64,000 nucleotides of DNA, taken from the NCBI RefSeq assembly GCF_009834535.1, contig NC_045705.1:40920001-40984000 (forward strand), read 5' to 3'. The notes under the pieces were generated by a model, which saw only the letters and a list, made by a program, of their open reading frames with translations, searched no databases and had not been told where the DNA came from. Origin of the DNA: Camelus ferus (taxonomy: Eukaryota). The translations under genes and the position numbers were made by a program. How positions within the stretch are numbered: the stretch's first letter is position 1; each line of letters begins with the position of its first letter. Shown here piece after piece: positions 50,701-62,700 of the stretch.

Positions 50701-53700
50701 GAGGCAGACTTCAATCAATTAAGCCACAAACCTGATAAAATGCTTCTGAGACGCTGGGCTGATAATTACAGATTAGAGGATTGTAACATTGTCTAGTGGA
50801 TTTTTTTTTTCTTGAGGCAAACTCTTTGAATTTTAAATAGAGAACTGTGTCTGTACATGGTACATATCCAATAAGTACTACTAAGTGAATGATGGAATGC
50901 CTCAGGTCAAAAATTTTCCCAGTTCACTGAGGGGAACCCAAGGCACGGAGGTCACACAAGTGTCAGCTCCAAGACTGGAATGCATGAACTTCCAGTTTCT
51001 AAAATTTCTGCTTCCTTCCCTCAGGCAGGAAACCAATGGGCATAGGAGAAGAATAAGAAAACCATCAGGACTTTTCACTTTCTCTTGAAAGCTATTTTAG
51101 TTACAGGAACTCTGAGAATTTCCCCTAATCCATAGATAACAAAGATAAAAATATCTAGCCCATAAAAATAATATTTACCCTCTTTTGAAGTCTGAAAGAA
51201 ACCAGCCCTTCCATTTTCTGACTGTTCATTTTTGGTTTGTTGAGATAAGTGATCTTCTGGCAACATGGAGCTATTAAACGGATTCCTCCTTTGCTGGGGA
51301 AAAATATTGTTTATTAAATTCACCTTAAATGTCAAAACAGCAACTCAGTGTCAGCAAATGCTTATTATCTCCTATATTTGATAATTTTATCCAGTAAATT
51401 CTATCTGGAATGTTTGAAAAATGATTTTCTTAGTTAATCTGGTTAGCATAGAATTACCAATACATGCCATATCAGAAAAAAATCAAAACAACTGTAAAAA
51501 TATACTCCATTTCAGAGTCCTACAAAGTTAAACCAGAACCAAGCATTCCAATCTAACTCTCACAGAGGTGAGAAAACTTGAGCCTGAACATATCAAACAG
51601 CTGGTCAAGGTTAGGGTAAACCTGAGACTCTAACCAGGGCAGATTCCCACCAGTGCTCTTTCTACTGCATGAGACTCACTCCAATAGATGTTAAAGCTGT
51701 ACTAAATATAATTGTAATTGATCTTTCCTATAAGGATTTAAAAGACACATATCAAGGTATTGAAGCACTTCATAGTCACTATTATGATCACCCATTCTAA
51801 TAATAGACAGGGTATCAGTAAATAGAATTTTTTATTAACATAAGACTGTATATCAATGCTTACTCTCTGTAGTTTCATAAACTGACAGTTCCCTCCCACA
51901 GCAGACCTCTGACAGAGATTCAGGAAGCCATGAATAGGAATTAGGACTGACATGGAACTAATAAGCCACATTCCATATGCTTAAAAAAGGCAGCTCCCAA
52001 AAGCTTCAGACTTTTTATTCTTTAGGGCAAAAAATCTAGGTCTTCAGCAATGCAGTATCATGGTATTCATAAAATTTTCCACCACAAGAGTGATCTCTTA
52101 TATTAAATTGTAAAAATTATCCGTATTTGGTAGGAAAAAAAAAGTACTACAAAATCCTCTTTACTTCATGGTGCTTTGATAAAAAGAGAAAAATGGCATT
52201 CCTGCCCCAAATGAGACTTTCAAAGTCTGAGCTCAATCTACCTTGACTGGAGATGCAGCTGACTTCCTTGTGTCTTCCTGGGATGTATCAATCATGATGG
52301 AAGCTGGATTTACCACACTGGAACTGCAAACGAAACAGAAATTCAGAAAATAAAAACTCACCCTTGGAGGAAGCATAAATCATGCCTCTGAAGCCAAAAG
52401 CTATTAAGGCAGGATAGGAGAGGAAGTCTGTAAAATCAAACTGTCAGGAAGGGAGAGGGAGTGCGAACCTAGAGATGATTAAGCAGCAGAGCAAAGGCAA
52501 TGGTAGAACAGAAATGAAAGACAGGCATGAGACAAGACAAAGCCATCCATGAGAAGCCTTGATGCTTGTATCATGGTACCAGGCACACAGGAGGTTCGCA
52601 ATTTAAATTTGTAGAAATAAACCTGCCTCAAAGTCGGAAGCTAACAGCAGGTGCAGACTAGAAAGCGAGCAGTTGGTTTCAAGGAGGGAACGTCCCTGCT
52701 GAAATAAGGTCCCAGAGCATTTTAGAGATTCCATAGACCAGGGCCAGAATGGCAGTGCTTACTCTAACTCAGGTAGAAAAAAGGTGAAGAAAAGACTCAG
52801 GTGAGACAAGCGATTTGAATATGGAACAGAGGAAACAGCAGATCTAAGAGCTGCTTTGCCAGGAGAATGGCGAATGGGGACAACTTCCTGGGAACTCTCA
52901 ACCCAACTCTCCAGGCTGGCCAGGTGAGTTCCTGTTCAAATACAAGAGGACAAGCAGAGCATCCAGAAGACAGGGGGAGGTTAGAAGCCAGGAGCTGGCT
53001 TAGAGGAGTGAGGATTCTCTAAGGGCGGCCCTAGGGTGAGAGCATGGGGAGGGTGAGTAGAAAAATGTGAGTTGAGCCGGCTCCCTCCTGAACAACCACT
53101 CCCCTGGCCATTGAGTAAGAAGAGGAAACGAGGGCCCTCGAGAAAGAGGAAAATCACCTGCTCGGACTTCCTGTTCCAGTGGCCTTGCCTCAGGCATAAG
53201 ACGCGAAGTCACTATTGGCTGAAAGCACTGTGCCTGGTTAAACTCCACTAGTTCTCCTTACGGCATCAGAGTCAAGAACTTGGAAAAATACCTCGGAGAG
53301 AACTGGCTTTTCACCACTCGGCTAAGGAACTGGAGGTCGGGAAGGGGAGCACTTCGCCCGAAGGCCTCAGAGCCTTGCCCCAGACTATTGTCAGCAAAAT
53401 CGTGGGCTAGATGTTCCTGCAGCTTCATTTCCTTTCCTGCCCTCAGAACCTCAATTGTTATTTTTGTACAGAGTTAGTCCCAAGAACAGGCTGAACACTT
53501 GAGGAAGCCATGTTTCCTTCTGTTAGCCTCCTCACTGTTCCAGAAGGATTACCTCAACTCCAGCCAAGGCAAAAGGAGAAGAGGCAGATGTGTATCAAAT
53601 ACTGCCTGATCACCGGATGTGAGAAAGAGGGGAAAAAAGGATGGGGAAGGGAAGGGCAGGGAACAAGAGTAGGAGCTTATAATGGAGCCAGAATTAAGGC

Positions 53701-56700
53701 TAAAAGAAAAACACATTACAAGAGGCCTCTATTCTTGCAACAGGCGACCACAAATTTGAATCAAGTTACCTAGCAGCCAATGTGCAAAAAGAAACCTGGT
53801 CACTGATAGAATCCACAGTAAAAATAGCCAATAGCTCAGGACTAGAAAGCAGTGTCTCTTGAGTGTCATTTTAAGAAACCAGTGAGTGATATGAGGAACC
53901 TTACAGCAAATGCTGTGTCAGTTTCTCAGGGGTTTTGGATTATCTCCCTTAATAAATAAAGCAGTCACACAATCAGAGGACCTGAGCCAGTTGCTGATGG
54001 GTGGCGTCCCCATGGAACAGCCATCTTTTCCTGCTATCTTTCTCCTTCCCACTTCCCATTCACTAAGAATAAAGGATAAGCAGAGACTCTCACTCTCATA
54101 CCTCTGCTCTTTGGACATCCAGTTCCTGCGCCTCCTGGCCCCCAGCTCCGACTGCCTCTGTTTCACATCACATTGTCCCCTTCTCAGAGATGAAACCAGT
54201 CTCTCTCTTACTAAACTCTATGTAGCCATGGATTTATGCTATACAGCCTCATTCCATACATACATAGCTCACTTCTCATAGTAAACTGGGAGATCCCTCC
54301 AGAGTACCTGGAACATCTTTCTATCCCCAACAATGCCTTGTCCAGTGCCTGGTACCCAACTGGTGACTGAACAATTGAAGGGCAACTGAGCCAGTGCCAG
54401 GGAAGGCAGCATCAGACGGGGACCATGGTTTTGGTTTTGGTTTTTATCTCTGTTACCTGCCAAACTACAATGAGGAACATTATTTAGGTTTTAAACAAAA
54501 CGTCTGTTCCTGCTGTTCCGAAAGGTCTAGAGAAGAAACGAGGCACTCAGAACACACCATCGGACACTAAGATACCAGACACATACAGTATTCACTGGGT
54601 TACCTTGTGGTTGTGACGGACAGAAAATGGAATGAAGGTGGGATACCCTTAGCTACAGTCTGCAAATCTGCCTAACTAGTAAAAAATTAAAACAAGAGTT
54701 TGAGATACAAGACTCTGTCTCTGAAAATGTAGCTACTTCCTCGATCAGGCTCTGGCTTTGCTTCTCTTAAGGGATACAACAGTGTGTTGCTTGCCTGCCT
54801 TTTACTGGGCAGTCATCATTACAGCAACCATCTTATTCTCAATTGATTTTTGCAACATTCCTGTTTGAGGTATGTATCCTTCTCCCCATTTTACTTGTAG
54901 GAAAACTGAGGTTTTGAGGGGGTTAAGAGCAGAGTTACCTGTTCCTATGTTACAAAATTAATGAAAGAGTTGGAGATTTGCACCAGGTGTGTCTTTGTCT
55001 GGCTCCAAAGACAATCAGTGTAATGGCTGAGCTACACTGCCTCCAATTTCTTGCATTAGCAAAGCAGTTTACGGCAAGAAGACTGAAGTCTGGGTGATTT
55101 TTTTCCCCAGTGACTCTCACACCTGTCACTTCCTCTCCACCCCTACTGACTCCTCCTTTATTTCTGTCATCTCCAGCAGCCTCATATCTGACTTCTTGAC
55201 TCTCAAGTTCCAATTCCCCTAATCCTCTCAGTATGCCACCAATAAGCTGGAATGGTCTAAAACATAACTATGATCATATCCCTCTTCTGCTCATTACCGT
55301 TCCCCAGATCCCAAGCCCAGTGGAACAAAGCTGAGGTCTGAACTTCTCAGCAAGGAACTGGAGATGCTCCACCATCTGTCCTAACGCACCTTCCCACTCC
55401 TCCTTCCTGCTGACCCTCATCCAAACATGCCTCATCCCTCTCTGCCTCCGCCAGCCTTCCCTCAGCCCCTCCCACAAGTGTTTGCTCTGCTCTCTTGACC
55501 CAAATCCTCGCTACCAACTTCAAGCCCAGTCCAAATCTCACCTCCCTTGTGGTGCTGCTCCCGTTGACCCAGCTGGAAGTGGGTCTCCTGTCTCAAATTT
55601 TACAGCCCATTTTATCGGCACTTTGGAATTGGGCCTTGCTCCCTGCCTGGCATTATTTATTATCATGTGATCAGATAATCATATATGGATGCATTATTTT
55701 TCCTAAGAGAATATAGTCTCTTTATAGCCAGATGCTGTCTTTTGTTTCTCAGAACGCCTCTCAGAGGGATTAGATTTCTATTCTCAGATTGTGTCCTGAA
55801 TAAAAGATATTCAATACATTCCACATGATGAGTTCTTAAAACTGTACAGCAAGCCAAAGTTCCCACCTTGTGCTCTGTAATTTCTTCCCTCAGGCACCCA
55901 TCAAAAACTACCTGCAATTCTAGACGTAGCACTTAGACAAAATGCGTTTACTTCTGTAGGAAGATTATTAAAATATTAGACTATGATACTGCTGTTAGGG
56001 CTCCCCTCCTGAAAGTGTCTGCATTTTAATACAAATCTTTGAAAACTTAACTAAAAAAATAATAATAATGTTAGGTGCTGTGGTAGCTTTTGAATCTTGA
56101 CCAGCCTTTCTCTCTAGAACAGTTAAAAATAACAACAGACATACCTTCTTTTGAGATATTTTTCTGCTTAAATAGTAACAGTATCTAGAATCAGAAGCAA
56201 ATTTTGCAAGTGATTTTTTGCCCCATGTTTTTTGTTGTTGCTGATTTCTCCCTTCGGACTGTTAACACCCTGGAAGCTAATGCTGTGCCCATCCCCGGCT
56301 TCCAGCACTGTGCTAACACGTGGTACACTCCGTGAAGCTTGAACACGTGAACAAATACAGGAAGAAATGACTCAGGAATTGAGTGAAGCAAATCAGGAAA
56401 TATGCTATGCCAGCCTTTCAAGTCAGTATTTTTTTAAGTAAAATATTACTTCTCTGGTTCTACCGTACTTCATGCTACAGATTTATCTAACACAAACATT
56501 CCCAACCAAGCATAAGGCACTCTGATGTCACAGTGAAACTATCCTTCACAACTGATTTGGGTAAATCCAAGATCCTGTAGGATTAAGAAGGATTCTTTTA
56601 AGAGCTCAATGTAATTGATTCTGTGGGGCAGACCTCTGAGAAATGAAATGTTCACATCACTGAATCTGCGATCAATCCAAGGACAAAAGATCAAATGCAT

Positions 56701-59700
56701 TGTCCCATAGATTGGCTCATCTCTAGCCTGCCTTTGGGAGCAAGTGAAGTGCCTGACACTGAGTATTACTGAGGGTAAAGGCAAGTAGCTAATCCTTCTG
56801 GGAGAAGGAGATAGATATATACAAACAAAAGCCTTCCAGGAAAAAGCATTAGCGGGAGAACACCATTTCAGAGCTACAGACATGGTGTTAATTGATTGGT
56901 TCTCATTCAACAGAGGGTAGAAGGAGACTGGTGTCAGAAGTGTGTTATCACTGAAGCACAGGCAATGAAGCTCAAAGACTAGCATTTTGACCTCACTAAG
57001 ATGACTTTACAATGAAAGAGTATTTTAATTCTACCCAAAACAAAGTAAGGTGGGGATGCCGAGATTTTGCTTGCAAGAAAACTCACGGTTTTCTCATCAT
57101 TTCACAGAGAAGTTCCCAGAGGAAAACCTGCCAATGTCATGGAAAGAAACACCATGGTGCAGGCTTTATCTTCTTCTCCCTGACCTCATTTTAGAGACAT
57201 TTTCTAGGAATGTTTTTGATTAATGGACACTACAAACCTTGGCAGCAGCCAAGTTCACTTCTACCTCTGTGGCATCTAGTTTTCCATCTTGAATGCTCCT
57301 CTCTTGTAGTTGTCCAAATTTGAGAATTCCCCTCAAATTTTTTTTCATCTTTTATAATCACCAGAATTCATGGTATAGGAATGCAGTGAGGAATTCTTGG
57401 TAACGCAAAACAACGAAACCTGGACACTGCTGATGCCACTCTTACCTTACAGTTCAGTTTTTTTCCTCCCACCCTTCCTTTCTTTTTCTACTGTCTCCCC
57501 CTGGGATCCAAACCACTTCATTCACTAATTTATTACTCATTTGTTTATTCATTAACCCCTCATTCACCATTATTCTTTATTTCATAATTGATTAGCTCAT
57601 CAACTATTCTCATTTAATCACTCAATCTCTCAATCTTCATCTATTCATTCATTTATTCCACAAGACATTTGTTGGACATTGTTGTAGATGCTAGGGATAC
57701 AGCAGTGAACAAAATACATAAGCGAAAGTCCGTTTCTTCCTGGATCAGAGGGGAGTGGACAACAAATGCATACAAAGATAAATATATACTATTATGTCAG
57801 GTGGTGATAAGTTATGGAGGATTATAAGAGAGGGTACAGGCATTTATTCATTCATTCCATAGGTACCAAGTACCCACTATATGCTAGATACACTGTTACA
57901 GGCTTGGGGTATGTTGGTGAACGAGATGCAGGTTCTCAACCCAAGAAAGCAATGCTGTGACACTTAGCCCCAGAAACCTGTATTTTCAAAAGTTCCTTGG
58001 GCAATTCTGACACATAGATCACAACTGAAAACTCCTCATCAAGTAACCCACATATTCTGTATCAATTATTACATACCTCTGTGCATCCTACAAACACCTC
58101 ACATTTCTTCTAATCTCATCTCTAAAATTCTGTCAAGTGTCCTCTTTCCCCCATATCCTTAATTAGGCTCTCTCCATCTCTCACCTAAATTTCTGTTATA
58201 ATGTCCTTATGGAATTGAACCCATCCTCTACACAGTTACCAGAATGATCACTCTAAAAAGTAAACCTGATTCAAAGTCACTTAGTGGTTCCTTGTGACTT
58301 ACAGGAAAAAGTTCAGCCTTTTGGTCAACATTCAAGGCTCTTCACAATCTGGTCCCAGCCTCTTCTTTCAGCATAACTGCCCACCACTCATGCAGCATAC
58401 CCACCATACTAGACTCTTGCAGGTGCCAGGCCTACCGGACCCCCATGCCATCCCCTCTGCCTGTATTGTCCTCTCCCCATGTCTATCTAACAGAATCCTT
58501 CTCCTCCTTCAAGAACTGCCTTGTATGTGACTATCTTTAGAATGAGATCCTCAAGGACAGGGCCCACATCTTATTTCTCTTTGAGTTTGTAGCTACCATC
58601 TTGTATACAATACATACTCAATAATTATTGACTGAATAAATGACTGCAGGAAGAATGAATTAGTAACCCTACAGGATGATTTATTCTGCTGGGTGCTAGT
58701 AAGAGGTTAAGTCAGTGTTTTCAATCAATTGCCAACAAGGACATTTAAACACTTTATTTCCAATAAATACCCTACAAGTAAACCTAGCCAACCTATGCAT
58801 TAACGGTTCTGAACTCACTATTCACACCTATTTGTCTTATTTTTCTCACTCTTACACTGTCTTCCATCTGGCTTTTCCTAACTCTTCTGCATATGTCTCC
58901 AGTTGGCCCACAGTATTCTCTGTTAGTTTTGCTCCAGCAAAAGCAGTCATTGACCTCTGACTGAGTGACAGTTATTACTGGGGCTGGTTTATATATGGTC
59001 AGAGTAGGCTACCACTTCCTTAGTGCACGTCAGGGCACTGATGCCCACTGCCCCTAATATAACCTTCTTTGTACCTAGGAACTTGCTTCCTATGGTTGAA
59101 GGTTCTGATCTTTATCAGGATGCATTCTAAGAGTAATTCTTTAAACTTTTAGAAACCATAAGACAAGGAAAAAAGCTTAAAACCTTCATCCATACAGGCT
59201 AAGTTATTATAAAGTCAAGTAGGCCTTAGGGTGGAATGCATGTTAGAGCCTTTCAAAGGAGAAAGGAGAAGGCCACAAGGCAACTGAGGGATGTAAGATG
59301 GGCAAGAGTGTGGGAGGAGGAACCAGAAGAAGGAAAGAATTGGGAAGCTTGGAGCACACTTGCGGAACTATCATTTTTTTAAGAGACCTGGGATGGCCCT
59401 GTCTGTGACCACAGAGCCAAGATAATACAAGCCACCAGAGGGATCAGTCCTCAGAAAGGCAGTCTTCGGGGAAGAGATCAGAGAGACCACAAGAAACTAA
59501 AATGTCAGTCCACTTCTAGGCTCCTTCAGATCAAAACAGCGCCAGTAGTGGGGACATCTAAGGCCCTGATCAGTAGAGAGGCTACTAGACTCTCAGTGTT
59601 GCCCCAAGCACCCAAACTCATTTCACAGAACTTGTCATCTCAAGTAAAAAGGAGAGGTTTCTCATCCCAGAGCAGGCCTACCTCTCTAGTCAGGTATTTA

Positions 59701-62700
59701 CACGATTCCTGATTTGGGGGCAGGATCATGACCCACTTGGAGTTTCTCACATCTTCATTCTGTGCTCCCCATCTTGGCTCAGCCATGTCCTTTGGATCAC
59801 TGTATACCTGTTCCACAATTATTTTAGGGGGAGACATGATGTGCTATGAAGGTGCGGTTCATGGACCAGTGTCAGCATGTGAGCTGTTTGTTACTGGTTT
59901 ACAATGAGGTAAGTACAGAAATCAATATATGCGTTTAGAATCATTCAAAACAGTTTGCTGAGACATCCCGGCACACGATCACTGGGTTTATTATCTTGGA
60001 TGCCTTTGCTGTTTTCTGTATTTCATTTTCCTAGTATTCATATTTATTATTCTATAAAAGCTATCAATCTGTGATGATTAGAAATTAAAAAATTAAAAAA
60101 AACCCCAAAACACAGGTCCTTCACCACAGTTTGTGCCAGTACTATCCTGCTGAAGATTAGTAACCAGAACTAGAACTGTGAGCCTCTGGAGTTTTCCTTG
60201 CCACTCTAAAGAGAACCTCATTCTCTGCTCCAGTGTCCATCACACCTCTCTCTGCTTCCTCAGGTGCTACAGGTGCAAACAAAGATAAGTTCCAGAAGAA
60301 CACAGATAGCTTCCCACACTTGAGTACATGCTGAGTACCCACAGTGTTTTATTTATTCACAGGCAGAACCCCACAATGGAAGAAAAAAAATCTTGCTCTA
60401 GAGTCTGTCAGAAAAACTCCTTCAGAAACTGCAATATGCAGTCACTGTGGCCTCACACTCCCTGACTCCGGGCTAAGAAAATATTGACAGGTATTGAGTC
60501 ATTCTATTGAAGTTCACTTAGTCTATGAGTACAGGGCCCAAAATATACTTAACACACCCAGTTCCCAAGGTTAAAGTATAGGTGAGAAACTCTGCACAAA
60601 CCTGACGTGGAGTAAAGCAGTAATTTCTGACACGGAGAGGAGGAAGTAAATGATGGCTCCTTCTACAGTTCTGGGTGATTACCACTTGGGCCACGTAATG
60701 AGCAGAGCGCTGGGTACATCTGGCATTTTTATTCCTGCCTACTCAACCTACCTCATCTGTGTTATAATAACACAATTATTATGCCACCTGCAAATTGCTA
60801 CTTTTCGTTCATCCTGAGAAATGCTAAGTAGTTCCCACACCTCCTTTCACTTAATCTCATTACATCCTGGTGAGGCAGCTTGGTTCTGATGTACAGATGA
60901 AACCTGAACGACTCGTCTGAGGTCACACAAGGAACATAGAAAACAGAGCTGCAAATGTGGAAGTTGTATTAACAGCTTTAAATTGAGGAAGCGGGATGGG
61001 TACCCACCAGGTTACGTGAGTTCTAAGGAAAATCAGTTGAGCTACAAGCGCAGTGGCACCTCTGTCTGCAAGGCCCTTTGAGATGAAATGAGTTCCTGGG
61101 AGGACAGGAAGTAGACCCAGAAAAAACTGTGCAATGAGCTAAGTTTGTGTCTGACACCCCAAACCTTCTCCTGTCTGTGGCACTTGCACCCTCTTTCTTA
61201 CATCAGTCTGTGCTCTGACGTCCCCTTGCCCCATCAAGCCCAGCTCTTAGGAGCTGCTCTCAGCTCCCTGAAGGTGAATCTAAATGACTGTGTTCTCACC
61301 CCAAGAGTTTCTAATATTTAAGATCTCATCTTTCCCTGTGGAAGGCAGGCAAGCCTTCATCCTGTTAGGGAGGTTGCAGGCAGCTGGTTCATGTGGAGTC
61401 ATAAAGGGAAAGGGCAGGCTGTTCTCCACATCCTTTCCTGAGCTCCCTGAAAGTCCTGTATGTATGTGAGAGCCCGTGCTTCCGTTCCTTGAGCATCTAC
61501 TATGTGCTGAGGACTCTGTGTTAGGAATTGAATTCTACATTTACTAGCTAATAAACTTCTCAATAATCCTGATGGCAAACTATCATCATTCCCATTTTAT
61601 AGCTAAGGAAACAAAGGCCCAAGAAATTAAGTCATTTCCAGTGCAAGGTCACAGAATCAATTGTGGCTACTGTTAAGATGTTTTAACCTCTAGCAACATG
61701 GCCTCTTCAGACATAAAAGAACATTACAAATCATCCCAGAGGAAAAGAGTGCAGCCACCCACCCCGGAAAACAAAGTGAGTACTCTCCAACAGGGAAGTG
61801 GATAAATAACAGGCACCTTAATAGAATCAGTATTCCATTATCCATGTGACGTAACTTCACTCATATTTGACTCTGAAATGCCTGTTGGCCTCTATATTAT
61901 AGACCCTCTCCCTCACCTGTAAATTATGTTGGAAACATCCCTATTCCCCAGGTGCCTCAGCCTTGGACTCTGACTCAGTGGCTGTCCCACCAACAAATTC
62001 ATCAACTTCATTCCAGTTGGAGACTTTGAAATGAACTGTCTTCACTGAGGAGTTAGAGATAAAATGCAACTGCCCTCCCACCAAAGAGTAACAATTATAT
62101 CTCCAAGGGACAGACACCAATGGGAAGATCCTTCAGTACCTAAAAGCAAATCATCACGGTTCAAAAGGTTTGTGGCAACGTAGCCCCATGATCAGCTGTA
62201 TCACAGGAACCATGTACAAATGTACATTTTGATTGGCCAGATGATAAAATGTATGGGAAACACCAAAAAACCGAGACTGAAATATTGAGGACAATCTGCA
62301 TTCTTAAGAGGCATCTAATGAGTACCCACCATGTGCCAGGTATTCTACATACATTACATTACTGCTAACGTTCACCGTAACCTTTCTATAGGTTATGATT
62401 CCTGTCCATAATTAAGAAAAGAGACTCAGAGAGATTAAACGACTTGCCCATGGTCAAATGGCTAATAAACAGCATATTCAGGATTTGATTCATGTCTGTC
62501 TGGTTCCTGTGCCTGAGTTTCTTCTGCTGTACCAGGATGTTACAATTTGATCATCATTCATCTCTGTCTTGAAATGACTTATTCCCCTACGTTCATTTGG
62601 GAGTCCCTCTCCATCCACTACTAAGCAGAAGTCTTTAACACAAATAAAAAATAGCTCTGGTTGGTGTTGGAAGAAATCACCACTTAATATTCTAATTTTA

